From: Myxococcota bacterium
Lineage (GTDB): Bacteria; Myxococcota_A; UBA9160; UBA6930
Assembly (NCBI GenBank): GCA_028285625.1
Contig: JANQOX010000025.1
Coordinates: 654,461-718,460 of the forward strand
Direction: 5' to 3'
Length of the DNA: 64,000 nt
The notes under the pieces are model-generated. The model had not been told where the DNA came from and did not search any database. It saw only the letters and a list, made by a program, of their open reading frames with translations. Of this stretch, positions 24,815 through 35,212 are shown in pieces (within the stretch, counting starts at the first letter, position 1; the number at the start of each line of letters is the position of its first letter). The position numbers and the translations under genes are program-made.

Positions 24815-25639
24815 TCAGGGCGCCTGGGCCGTCTCGGAGTCGCGCAGCGCGTTCTCGATGCCGCGCACCTGCACCAGGAGGTGCTCCAGGCTCTCGAGGT
24901 CGAGCTGGCTGTCCCCGTCGCAGGGCGCCGACTCGGGCCTTCGATGGGCCTCGATGAACAGGGCGTCGAGGCCCACGGCCACGGCCGCCCGGGCGAGCGG
25001 CGCCACCATTGCCCGATCGCCGCTCACCGCGGCCCCCCCCGGTTCGCGGCGCTGCACCGAGTGGGTGGCGTCGAAGCAGACGGGGGCATAGGTGCGCATC
25101 TGCGCGATGCCGCGCATGTCCACCACGATGTCGTGGGGGCCGTAAGTGGCGCCGCGCTCGGTCACCATCGCGTCGCCCCCGAAATGGCGCACCTTGCCGA
25201 CGGCATGGGGCACGTCGAGGGCGCTCATGAACTGCCCCTTCTTCAGGTTCACCGGCTTGCCGGTGGAGGCACAGGCGGCGATCAGGTCCGTCTGGCGAGA
25301 CAGGAAGGCCGGCACCTGAAGGCAGTCCACCACCTCGGCGGCGGGCTTGGCCTGGGCCGGCTCGTGCACGTCGGTGATCACGGGCAGCCCGGTCTCGGCC
25401 TTCACGCGGCCCAGAATGCGGATGCCTTCGTCGAAGCCCGGTCCCCGGTAGGAACTCAGACTCGAACGGTTGGCCTTGTCGACGGAAGCCTTGAACACCA
25501 ACGGGAACGCGTGACGCGCGGCCACCTGCTGGAGCTCGTGGGCCATCGCGATGGCCTCGCCCTCGCTCTCGATGACGTTCAGGCCGGAGATGAGCACCAG
25601 CGGCGCACCACCCCCCACGGGGACATCCGCGATCCTCAA
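24815..25639 (-). CDS. kdsA: 3-deoxy-8-phosphooctulonate synthase
   Basis: PLVLISGLNVIES, KASVDKANRSS and CFDATHSVQ are present. I preferred the TTG at 25639 because GGGGGAGGG lies 6 nt upstream. The track start at 25696 (also TTG) is possible. Confidence 0.85.
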   Translation of the reverse strand: MRIADVPVGGGAPLVLISGLNVIESEGEAIAMAHELQQVAARHAFPLVFKASVDKANRSSLSSYRGPGFDEGIRILGRVKAETGLPVITDVHEPAQAKPAAEVVDCLQVPAFLSRQTDLIAACASTGKPVNLKKGQFMSALDVPHAVGKVRHFGGDAMVTERGATYGPHDIVVDMRGIAQMRTYAPVCFDATHSVQRREPGGAAVSGDRAMVAPLARAAVAVGLDALFIEAHRRPESAPCDGDSQLDLESLEHLLVQVRGIENALRDSETAQAP

Positions 25640-25750
25640 CTTGCTCCCTCCCCCCTGCTCTCCAGAGCCTACCACCTGGGGCGACCCGCAGGGCAAATCC
25701 CGTCAGGGGACCCGGGTCGCCCTATCGATAGCGATTCCGCCGATTTGGGC

Positions 25751-27010
25751 TCACCCGATCTCGGAGTCGCTTAATGCGGCCCGCTCGAGATCGTCTAGGA
25801 AGTCCGGCAGGGCCGAGGTCACGCGATTCCAGTTCGGAATCTGGGGCGCGCCCATGGGGTCGCGCACGAAGGACAGCCCCGAGGCCCGCAGCGCCTCCGA
25901 GAACGTCTCGACGGCCAGCTCTTCCTCGTGGCGGTCGAAGTTGAGGCCGTTGAGCGCTGCCAGATCGGAATACCGGGCCACCGCGTCCTGGGCCATGCGC
26001 ACGTAGGCCACCGACAGCGTGTTCAGGAAGCCGGCATCGAACTCCACGCCGTAGCTCGCCAGGTTGCGGATCAACGAGGCCCCGATGTCCACCACCATGC
26101 GGTGGAGGCCCCCCCCGCTCTCGGACAGCTCGCGGTGCTTGTGGTCGTAGTTGTCGACGATCTCCACCTGGCAGGTCCGCTTGAGCGAGCTGTTGCGGTA
26201 GACCTCGGCCAGCATGCCCACCTCGAGCCCCCAGTCGCTGGGAATCCGGGTGCTGCGGGCCAGCTCGGTGGTCATGGCGCACTCGCCGGCCAGCGGAAAG
26301 CGGAACGAGTCGAGGAACTCGAGCAGCGGGTGGCGGCCGAGTACCGAGTTCATGGCGCGCAGGAAGGGCGTCATGAACAGCCGCGTCACCCGACCGTAGA
26401 GCCGGTCGGCCACGCGACCGTAGTAGCCCTTGGCGAACTCGTAGTTCATGTTGGGGTTGGCCAGCGGGTAGCAGAGGCGCGCCAGCAGTTCGCGGCGATA
26501 GTCGCGGATGTCGCAGTCGTGCAGCGCGATCACCCGGGCCCGGTCCGTGGCCAGCACGTAGCCGTAGGCGATCCAGACGCTCCGGCCCTTGCCGTCCTGA
26601 CCCGGATCGAGCCCCTCCTCGCGGAGCCGGTCGTAGAGCGCCCGCAGGCGGGGCCCGCCGTTCCAGATCAGCGTCGCCGGCTGGCCGTCCAGGGTGCGGA
26701 CGCCCTCGAACGCCGCACGCATCTCCAGGTACTCGTCGCGCCGCTCGGTGCCCGAGACGCTCACCACCACCTGCTTCAGGTAGTCGACGCCCTTCAGCTG
26801 ATCGATGATGCCCTTGAGCGCATCGCCCCGAAGTTCGGAGTGCAGGCAGGGCAGCACCAGGGCGATCGGGCGCGTCTCGGCGAAGCGTCGGAGCTCGCGT
26901 TCGAGGCGCGCGAGGTCCGGCTCGCCCAGACGGTGCAGGGTCGTGATGACCCCGGTCTGGTGGAAGTCGGCCACGGCGGAGACGCTGACACCCTTGGGGG
27001 ACCGTCGCAA
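25751..27010 (-). CDS. Retaining GT-A glycosyltransferase, glucosyl/mannosyl-3-phosphoglycerate synthase-like
   Basis: 419 aa. It has a DxD motif in HDCDIRDY and no TM helices. The overall layout resembles archaeal-type GpgS/MpgS-like enzymes. The specific substrate call is weak. Confidence 0.45.
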   Translation of the reverse strand: MRRSPKGVSVSAVADFHQTGVITTLHRLGEPDLARLERELRRFAETRPIALVLPCLHSELRGDALKGIIDQLKGVDYLKQVVVSVSGTERRDEYLEMRAAFEGVRTLDGQPATLIWNGGPRLRALYDRLREEGLDPGQDGKGRSVWIAYGYVLATDRARVIALHDCDIRDYRRELLARLCYPLANPNMNYEFAKGYYGRVADRLYGRVTRLFMTPFLRAMNSVLGRHPLLEFLDSFRFPLAGECAMTTELARSTRIPSDWGLEVGMLAEVYRNSSLKRTCQVEIVDNYDHKHRELSESGGGLHRMVVDIGASLIRNLASYGVEFDAGFLNTLSVAYVRMAQDAVARYSDLAALNGLNFDRHEEELAVETFSEALRASGLSFVRDPMGAPQIPNWNRVTSALPDFLDDLERAALSDSEIG

Positions 27011-27106
27011 GGCGATCCGTGGGAGGCTCGCAAGCGGAGCCGGGGGGCCTCGCGACCGGGGCCCTGGGGTGAAAACCCTGAGAAGTCGGTCCGTTGTCCG
27101 CGTCCG

Positions 27107-27436
27107 CTAGACCGGCGTCAGGACCTCGGTCTCGTCCTCGAGAATCTGCAAGGCCGCCGGATCGATGTCGATGAACTCGAGCCCGACCTCGGTCGTGATC
27201 GGGTCGGTCTCGGTGGCCCAGGAGACCCGGCCGACCGCGACGATGGTGCGGTCGCCGACGTTGAAGGTCACCCGGATCGTGTCGGAGAGCCCGATCTCGC
27301 AGCCCACGGCCTCGAACCGGATGCCGCCCGCCGACACGTCGACGCTCACGCCGAGCTGGTCGCCCGCGTCGACCATCGCATACGAGATCACCTGGTCCGT
27401 GGCGATCCGTGTGTACTTTCGCCGCTCCCGCTCCAT
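27107..27436 (-). CDS. Single-domain PilZ protein (c-di-GMP receptor)
   Basis: 109 aa. RRKYTR (RxxxR) and DVSAGG (D/NxSxxG) motifs are at the canonical spacing. Confidence 0.8.
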   Translation of the reverse strand: MERERRKYTRIATDQVISYAMVDAGDQLGVSVDVSAGGIRFEAVGCEIGLSDTIRVTFNVGDRTIVAVGRVSWATETDPITTEVGLEFIDIDPAALQILEDETEVLTPV

Positions 27437-27577
27437 GGCGCCCTACCTCTCACGACCCGTCTGCCCCGAGGGCGGTCCGGTGGGTCCAAGGGCACTTCGG
27501 CAGTCCTGGCGGGGGCCTTGAGGCCCCGGGCGCGCACCGCCGACACCCCTCGGAGGGGGGTGGGTGGGCGGGTCGAC

Positions 27578-28633
27578 CTAGTCGGCGCGCCGGAAGAGGC
27601 TCAGTTGACGGTCGTCCCGCCGCGAGCGGATCAGTGCGGCCACGGCGAGGCCCAGCCGCTTGACCGGGCGCGTGCCGGCCTGGGTCCGCGCGAGGAGCGC
27701 CAGGCCGCGTTCCCCCAGCTCGGCCGCGTCGGACACCGCGTGCCGCAGCGTCTCGGTCCGGGTGGTCTGCTCCCCGTCCGAGAAGCGGAGCTTGAGCGTG
27801 ATGCGCTTGGCGGCCATCCGCTCCCGGGCCAGGCTGGCCTCGATCCCGCGGGCCAGGTCGAGCAGCCGCTCCCGGATCTGGGCCAGATCGATCTCCGGGT
27901 CCGGGAAGGTGCACTCCTGGCTGAGACTGCGCGGGTGGGCCGCCGCACGCACGGTGTCGGCGTCCTGGCCCTGGGCGTGGGCCAGGATCGAAAGGCCGTG
28001 GTTGCCGAACGCCGCCTCGAGCTGCTCCCGGCCCAGGTCCACGACGTCGCCGACCCGGTGGGCGCCCAGTTCGCCCAGGCGCAGGGCCGTCTTGGGACCC
28101 ACACCGGGCAGACACGTGACGGGCTGGGGATCGAGGAACGCGTGCACGTCGCCGGGAGGGACGTGCAGGACCGCCGCTACGCCCGCTTGCTCGGCCGCAA
28201 GCTTCGCCAGGAAGCGCACCGGCGCGATCCCCACCCGGAGCGGCCAGTCGAAGTGGTGCCGGACCGCCTCACAGAGCGAATCGGCCACCTCCGTGAGCGG
28301 CTCTTCCCCCTCGGAGGCCAGGTAGGCGGCATCGAGGCCGGCGCGCTCGACCCGCTCCACGTGGGCCCGGAAACACGCGCGCAGGTTCGACGATGCCTCC
28401 CGATAACGGCGCATGTCCGTAGGCAGCGCGCGCGCTTCGGGACAGCGCTGCAGGGCCTCGAGCATCGCCATGCCCTCTTCCACCCCGGCTTCGCAGGCGT
28501 CCGGGGTCGCCGCCTGAACCAGCCCGCGCTTGCGCGGGTCGCCGCCCACGATCACGGGACGCTGCGCGAGGGCCGGGTCCGAGGCCCGCTCGACCTCGGC
28601 GTAGAAGCCGGGTACCCGCGCGTAGAGGAGCAT
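27578..28633 (-). CDS. Y-family DNA polymerase homologue (DinB/ImuB-like) with degenerate active site
   Basis: Starts at MLLYARVPGFYAEVE. GIAPVRFLAKLA and LPGVGPKT are conserved. The C-terminus carries QLSLF. The catalytic Asp/Glu positions are substituted (see findings). Confidence 0.8.
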   Translation of the reverse strand: MLLYARVPGFYAEVERASDPALAQRPVIVGGDPRKRGLVQAATPDACEAGVEEGMAMLEALQRCPEARALPTDMRRYREASSNLRACFRAHVERVERAGLDAAYLASEGEEPLTEVADSLCEAVRHHFDWPLRVGIAPVRFLAKLAAEQAGVAAVLHVPPGDVHAFLDPQPVTCLPGVGPKTALRLGELGAHRVGDVVDLGREQLEAAFGNHGLSILAHAQGQDADTVRAAAHPRSLSQECTFPDPEIDLAQIRERLLDLARGIEASLARERMAAKRITLKLRFSDGEQTTRTETLRHAVSDAAELGERGLALLARTQAGTRPVKRLGLAVAALIRSRRDDRQLSLFRRAD

Positions 28634-28637
28634 GGGG

Positions 28638-31157
28638 TCAGGGTGCAGCCTCGCCCGAGGGCCGCAAGGCGCCCCCGGGCGAGTCCCCCTCACTGGATCC
28701 GGATTCGGCCACCGGAGCGGGCTCGAGTCGAAGCCGGGTCATCGGGCCGTCCTCGACCACGGGGCGGCTGCGCGAGAGCAGCCGGGGCCGCCCCTCGCGC
28801 CAGTCCGCGATGCCACTGGTGGCGTCGGGATGTCCCGGGTGCTCCGAGGGACCGGGCGCCAGCGTCGTGTGGGCCTGGTCGAGATCGCCCCCGTCCACGA
28901 CCATCCGAAAGCCGGCCACCACCGCGGCGTCGAACCCCCCCACGGCATACTCGGCCACCTGCACGCTGCCGTCGTCGCCGCCGTACGGCCAGGGGCCGAG
29001 CGCGTCCGCCGGCCCTCCCCGCCAGGCCCCCGGCGAGAGCGGCGCGAACGAGAGTCGGTGCAGACGCCCCCACGTCCACTTGGCGCGGTTCGCGCCCATG
29101 CGCACGCTGCTGGTGATCCAGACGTCGCGGAGGCTGCGCTCGACGGCCTCGCTCACGAAGGCCGCTTCGGACCAGGGGGCTTTCGGCTCGCCGCCCTCGC
29201 TCACCTCTTCGAGCGCGCCGCGCGCCAGGCTCTGGGGGGCCACGCCGCGCAGCGCCAGGTAGCGGCGCAGCAGGTCCTCACCGAGGGTCGGCTCGAACAG
29301 GCGCTCGATCAGCTTCGTGAGGAAGACGTGGTACGCGACGGCGCCCACGCTCGTCGGCGTGGAGCGGCCGTCCCAAGACCGGAGGATCTCGACGGCCTGC
29401 CGCGTCTCGAAGGGCATGTCTTCGACGGGCCGCACTAGAGACAGCGCGAGCGCCACCAACTCGGTGGCCCCTGGCGAAACGACGTCGCTTTGCACCGCGA
29501 TCAGGTCGCGCGGCTCGGTCACGCCCGCCGCGACCCGTTCGCGAATGCGTGCCTCGCGCCGGCCCGGACGCCAGAGCCACTCGATGGCGCCCGAGCGGCG
29601 CCCGGGCGGCGGGCCGTCGGCGGCGATCACCAGGCGCCGCCGCGCCGACAGGTTCGCGCGCGGAAGCGCCGCGGCCGGAACCTTCGCGCTCCACAGGTAG
29701 GCCCCGTCCGCGGCCGGCACGGCCACCCCACCCGACGGCACCTCGCGGGCCGGCAGATAGCCGGCAACCTGGCTTCCGCCCCCGCCTCCGCGGTCGACGA
29801 TCACCACCAGCAGCACGGGCTCCACGTGCCGTGCCAGGGCCTCACGTGCCTGCGCCACGCTGCGCGCGCGAGCGAGTGCCAGCAGGCCAGCCGGCCCCAC
29901 GCCGGGCTCCGCGCCGGTCCAGCGCACGGACTGCGGCGGGGCATCGCCCTCCAGCAGCCCGTGCACCAGCGGCCCGCGCCGCGTCTCGCGCACGATCAGG
30001 GTCTCGGTGTCGCCTCCGCGAACCTCGATCTGCTCCTCGCGTTCGAGGGCGAGACCCGGGTCGTTCGACTCGAGCACGAGGTCGGTCACGAGCACCGGCA
30101 GGTGCGTCGCCGACCAGGCGATCCGCCCGTTGAAGCCGGACCAGAAGCCCGGAACGCCCGGCAGCGCCACGCCGGCCGCATCGAGCCGCCCTCCCGAGAC
30201 GTGCGCCTGATGGAGCAGCGCCGGTGCGGTGGGCGCGGCGTGCACGTCCCCCGCCAACAGCGCGCGGCCTTCACGCGTGCGGACGGCGAAGGCCGAACTC
30301 CCCACGCTCCGTCCAGCCAGACCCGCCGCGGCTCGAAGCGGCGCAGCCAAGGGTCCTCGCATACGCAGCGCCGCAGCTTGCGCGACCGGGCCCGGGTCGG
30401 ACGCGGCGCGGCCCCAGTGCGAGAAGACGGGGCTGCGCGCCGGCGTCCCGGCGCGAGAGCCGGAACCGCGCGGGGACAGCGCCTCCAACCCGACGCCCTC
30501 GGGAAAGAACAGGCGTGCGCCGAGCCCGCCATAGCGGCGCAGCAGGGTCGTGAGCACCAGCGACTCTTCGAGCGTCCCGCCGAGCGCCCAGGCGTAGTGC
30601 TTCCAGATCGCCAGGCTGTCGACCGGGTGCCACGGCTCGGGGATGGCGCGCAGCGCACGCGGCGGCTGGGTCTCCCCCGAACCGAGCACGACCAGGTGGG
30701 CATTCACCCCCGCGGCATAGGCCTCGAGCGCCCGGCGCTCGCTGGCGCGCAGGGCTGCCAGGTCACGCTCGGCGCGCCGCACGAACCCCAGGGTGCGCGC
30801 CAGACGGTCGCCGGGCAGCGCGCGCTCCCCCTCGACGGCGGCCAGCGTGCCGCGCGCTGCCCGACGCGAGCGCTCCATCTGGGCCAGGCGATCCTGTGCA
30901 TGGACGACCCCGAGGCCGAGCCATGCGTCCGCCTCGGAGGTGGCGAAGACGTGGGGCACCCCCCGGCCGTCGCGAAGCACCTCCACGGGCTCGCGCGCCC
31001 CGCGCGCGAGCATGCCGCCCTCCACGCGAGGATGCGCCGCACGCCGGGCCCGCTCGGCCTGAAGCCAGAGCCCCGCGAGCAGCCCCGCCACCACGACGAC
31101 CGCCGCCGTCCAAAGCCACGGGCCGCGACCCGAAGCCCGCCCCCCTGCCGAAGCCAA
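28638..31157 (-). CDS. Penicillin acylase family (Ntn hydrolase, S45) protein, N-terminally membrane anchored
   Basis: TTG at 31157 is preceded by GGAGGAGAGG. The TM segment is WLWTAAVVVVAGLLAGLWL. RDGRGVPHVFATSEADAWLGLGVVHAQDRLAQME follows, with the probable nucleophile in GSSAFAV. The upstream third of the 1314-aa track ORF is antisense to gap. Confidence 0.8.
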   Translation of the reverse strand: MASAGGRASGRGPWLWTAAVVVVAGLLAGLWLQAERARRAAHPRVEGGMLARGAREPVEVLRDGRGVPHVFATSEADAWLGLGVVHAQDRLAQMERSRRAARGTLAAVEGERALPGDRLARTLGFVRRAERDLAALRASERRALEAYAAGVNAHLVVLGSGETQPPRALRAIPEPWHPVDSLAIWKHYAWALGGTLEESLVLTTLLRRYGGLGARLFFPEGVGLEALSPRGSGSRAGTPARSPVFSHWGRAASDPGPVAQAAALRMRGPLAAPLRAAAGLAGRSVGSSAFAVRTREGRALLAGDVHAAPTAPALLHQAHVSGGRLDAAGVALPGVPGFWSGFNGRIAWSATHLPVLVTDLVLESNDPGLALEREEQIEVRGGDTETLIVRETRRGPLVHGLLEGDAPPQSVRWTGAEPGVGPAGLLALARARSVAQAREALARHVEPVLLVVIVDRGGGGGSQVAGYLPAREVPSGGVAVPAADGAYLWSAKVPAAALPRANLSARRRLVIAADGPPPGRRSGAIEWLWRPGRREARIRERVAAGVTEPRDLIAVQSDVVSPGATELVALALSLVRPVEDMPFETRQAVEILRSWDGRSTPTSVGAVAYHVFLTKLIERLFEPTLGEDLLRRYLALRGVAPQSLARGALEEVSEGGEPKAPWSEAAFVSEAVERSLRDVWITSSVRMGANRAKWTWGRLHRLSFAPLSPGAWRGGPADALGPWPYGGDDGSVQVAEYAVGGFDAAVVAGFRMVVDGGDLDQAHTTLAPGPSEHPGHPDATSGIADWREGRPRLLSRSRPVVEDGPMTRLRLEPAPVAESGSSEGDSPGGALRPSGEAAP

Positions 31158-31568
31158 GCGCCTCTCCTCCCCGGCCGCGGAGGATAGACCGCGCCGGGCC
31201 CCGGCGTGGACTGCGGGCGTGGCCGGGGCCCTCGCGGCGCGCTTGGCCCCGGCCGGCGCCGGCAGTCGGGTCGCCGACAGCAGCCAGGGCGGGTGGCACC
31301 CGGGCCCGGATGCGGGCGGGCTACGGGGCTCGGCGACGGAACGGAGACGTTCTTGGCGGTTGCCCCATTGGGCCGCATCCCAGCCGGGAGCGCCCTCGCA
31401 GGAAGTGCCGCCGGCCGGTACATTGCGCCCGCCTCGCCCGGGCGCGCCCGCGGCAACCGCGATGCGCGGGCCCGCCGAGTGGGCCGTATACGGCCGGGCG
31501 GTCGGAGAGGAGCCCCGTAGGCTCCCCCCCGCGGCGAGGCTGAGCCCAACGCGCACGAGGAGAATCAC

Positions 31569-32564
31569 ATGGCGGTCCAGGTAGGCATCAACGGTTTCGG
31601 CAGGATCGGTCGGCTCGCGTTCCGCGCGATGGCCGGGCGCGACATCGACGTGGTAGGCATCAACGACCTGGTGCCCGCGGACACCCTGGCGCACCTGCTC
31701 AAGTACGACTCCGTCCACGGCATCTACCCGGGCAGCGTCGAAGCAGACGGCGACGCCATCGTGGTCGACGGCCGACGCATCCCGGTCTCGGCCGAGCGCG
31801 ATCCGGCACAGATCCCGTGGAAGGCCCAGGGCGCCCAGATCGCCGTGGAGTCCACGGGCCTGTTCACCAAGCGCGCGGATGCCGAGAAGCACCTCGCTGC
31901 CGGCGCCGAGCGCGTGATCATCAGCGCGCCCGCCACCGACCCCGACTTCACCGTCGTGCTCGGTGTGAACGACGACGCCTACGACCCGGGCAAGCACCGG
32001 ATCATCTCGAACGCTTCGTGCACCACCAACTGCCTGGCCCCCGTGGCCAAGGCGCTCCACGACGAGTTCGGCATCGAGCGCGGGCTGATGGTCACCATTC
32101 ACGCCTACACCTCGGACCAGAAGATCGTCGACACCCCCCACAAGGACCTGCGCCGCGCGCGGGCCGCGGCGATGTCGATGATTCCCACGAGCACGGGCGC
32201 CGCGCGCGCCATCTCGCTGGTCATGCCCGAACTCGAGGGCAAGCTCGACGGCTACGCCATGCGCGTGCCCACGCCGAACGTTTCGGTGGTGGACCTGTCG
32301 GTCTCGCTGGGAAAGAACACCGACGCCGATGCCCTGAACGCCGTGGTCAAGAAGGCCGCCGACGGGCCGCTCAAGGGCTACCTGCAGTACTGCGACGAGC
32401 CGCTGGTCTCGGTCGACTTCACGGGCAACGCCCACTCGTCGATCTTCGACTCGCTCTCGACCAAGGTGATGGACGGCAACTTCGCGAAGGTCCTCTCCTG
32501 GTACGACAACGAGTGCGGCTACGCGACCCGCGTCGCCGACCTGGCGATCAAGCTCGGCGGCTAG
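31569..32564 (+). CDS. gap: Glyceraldehyde-3-phosphate dehydrogenase
   Basis: 331 aa. INGFGRIGR and [12 protein letters not shown] are present. GAGGAGA lies upstream. Confidence 0.95.
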   Translation: MAVQVGINGFGRIGRLAFRAMAGRDIDVVGINDLVPADTLAHLLKYDSVHGIYPGSVEADGDAIVVDGRRIPVSAERDPAQIPWKAQGAQIAVESTGLFTKRADAEKHLAAGAERVIISAPATDPDFTVVLGVNDDAYDPGKHRIISNASCTTNCLAPVAKALHDEFGIERGLMVTIHAYTSDQKIVDTPHKDLRRARAAAMSMIPTSTGAARAISLVMPELEGKLDGYAMRVPTPNVSVVDLSVSLGKNTDADALNAVVKKAADGPLKGYLQYCDEPLVSVDFTGNAHSSIFDSLSTKVMDGNFAKVLSWYDNECGYATRVADLAIKLGG

Positions 32565-32605
32565 CCCTCGGTGATCGGCCACGCCAGCTGCACGGGGAGT
32601 CCGTC

Positions 32606-33784
<1,179 letters not shown>

Positions 33785-33829
33785 GCCGGTCCATGGGAGG
33801 CTCCGCGTGAGCCCCAGAGGAGGCGCGTC

Positions 33830-34594
33830 TTGAGACGTCCCGTCATCGCAGCAAACTGGAAGATGTTCAAGACCACCGGCGAGGCCCAGGCCTTCGCGGA
33901 GGCCTTTCTGCCCCTGGTCAAGGACGCCCAGGAAGTCGACGTGGTGCTGGCGCCCCCGGCCACCGCGCTCTCGACCCTGTCGCGCGCCCTCGAGGGCAGC
34001 GCCGTCCACCTGGCGTCCCAGAACGTGTGCGCCGAGGAAGAAGGTGCCTTCACCGGCGAGATCGCCCCGCGCATGCTCACCGACCTCGGCTGCCGCTACG
34101 GCATCGTCGGCCACAGCGAGCGCCGAACCCTCTACGGAGAGACCGACGAGCAGGTGGCGGCCAAGGCCGCGGCGCTGCTTTCCCACGACGTGCTGCCCAT
34201 CGTCTGCGTCGGCGAGACCCTCGAGCAGCGCGAGACCGGGCAGACCTTCGCCGTGGTCGGCGTGCAGCTGCAGGAGAGCCTCGCCAAGATCCCGCCGGAT
34301 CGCGCGGCGCAGGTGGTGGTGGCCTACGAGCCCATCTGGGCCATCGGCACCGGCAAGACGGCCACGCCGGAGATCGCGCAAGAGGTCCACGCGATGATTC
34401 GCGAACGTCTGCGCGAGCAGTTCGGCGCGGCCGGCGACGAGATGCGCATCCAGTACGGGGGCTCGGTCAAGCCGGCCAACGCCAAGGTGTTGATGGGTCA
34501 GCCCGACATCGACGGGGCGCTGGTCGGAGGCGCGAGCCTCGACCCCGAGAGCTTCAGCCAGATCGTCCACTTCGAGGACGGAGACGCCGCATGA
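33830..34594 (+). CDS. tpiA: Triosephosphate isomerase
   Basis: TTG start with GAGGAGG upstream. IAANWKM, GHSERR and AYEPIWAIGTG are present. Confidence 0.95.
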   Translation: MRRPVIAANWKMFKTTGEAQAFAEAFLPLVKDAQEVDVVLAPPATALSTLSRALEGSAVHLASQNVCAEEEGAFTGEIAPRMLTDLGCRYGIVGHSERRTLYGETDEQVAAKAAALLSHDVLPIVCVGETLEQRETGQTFAVVGVQLQESLAKIPPDRAAQVVVAYEPIWAIGTGKTATPEIAQEVHAMIRERLREQFGAAGDEMRIQYGGSVKPANAKVLMGQPDIDGALVGGASLDPESFSQIVHFEDGDAA

Positions 34595-35043
34595 CCATCT
34601 TCGTGACCGCCCTGCACATCATCGTGTGCCTGATCCTCATCGTGGTCGTGCTGCTCCAGCGCGGCAAGGGCGCCGAGATCGGCGCCGTGTTCGGCGGGGG
34701 CGGCGGCGGCACCATGTTCGGCGCGCGCGGCGCGGGCAACTTCCTGACGCGCCTGACCTCGGGCGCGGCCGTGATCTTCATGCTCACGAGCCTCACGCTC
34801 GCCTACTTCTCGCGCGAGGACAGCCGAAGCACCTTGTTCGAGGACAACCCGGCTGCCGAGCAATCGACGTCGCCCTTCGAAGAGGTGGCGCCGGCCGTCG
34901 AGCCCGAGGCCGAGGCCGGGTCGCCCTTCGAAGAGCTCTCGGCGCCTGAAGAGCCCCAGGCGGCCGAGCCCCAAGCCGCCGAGCCCCCGGCCGCCGAGCC
35001 CGGAGACGCCGCAGCCGAGGTGCCCGCGCCTGCCACGCCGTAG
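34591..35043 (+). CDS. secG: Preprotein translocase subunit SecG with extended acidic Pro/Ala/Glu tail
   Basis: ATGA overlap with the tpiA stop. MTIFVTALHIIVCLILIVVVLLQRGKGAEIG is followed by a Gly-rich loop and a second TM helix. The last about 80 aa are low complexity. Confidence 0.85.
   Translation: MTIFVTALHIIVCLILIVVVLLQRGKGAEIGAVFGGGGGGTMFGARGAGNFLTRLTSGAAVIFMLTSLTLAYFSREDSRSTLFEDNPAAEQSTSPFEEVAPAVEPEAEAGSPFEELSAPEEPQAAEPQAAEPPAAEPGDAAAEVPAPATP
34951..35001 (+). repeat. Three tandem 15-nt units (GAGCCCCARGCSGCC-like) inside the secG tail
   Basis: gagccccaggcggcc / gagccccaagccgcc / gagcccccggccgcc, then gagccc. These encode EPQAA-EPQAA-EPPAA-EP. Confidence 0.8.
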
Positions 35044-35100
35044 TCCGCTGGCGACCCCCGGCGGGGTCTCCTAGGTTTCGACGCCCTCGAAGCCTCCTGG

Positions 35101-35187
35101 GCCCAGGTGGCGGAATTGGTAGACGCGCATGGTTGAGGGCCATGTGACCGCAAGGTCGTGCTGGTTCGACTCCAGTCCTGGGCACCA
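35101..35187 (+). tRNA. tRNA-Leu (anticodon GAG), CCA encoded
   Basis: It has the same acceptor, D and T arms as the tRNA at 13394. The anticodon stem-loop is CATGG-TTGAGGG-CCATG. Confidence 0.9.
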
Positions 35188-35212
35188 ACAACGGGGCGCA
35201 CCCCACCGCTCT

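Noticed and set aside
31158-32582. The N-terminal about 475 codons of the 1314-aa minus-strand ORF (28638-32582).
   Set aside because: This part is antisense to the unmistakable gap gene and is Arg/Gly/Pro-rich nonsense. The real acylase gene starts at the SD-preceded TTG at 31157, just before its TM anchor.
35053-35068. The GACCCC-CGGC-GGGGTC hairpin after secG as an intrinsic terminator.
   Set aside because: The stem is short and the following U-tract is poor (TCCTAGGTTTCG). tRNA-Leu lies 33 nt downstream and may be co-transcribed, as in other bacteria. The same reasoning applies to the GGGGCC-TTGA-GGCCCC hairpin at 27512-27527.
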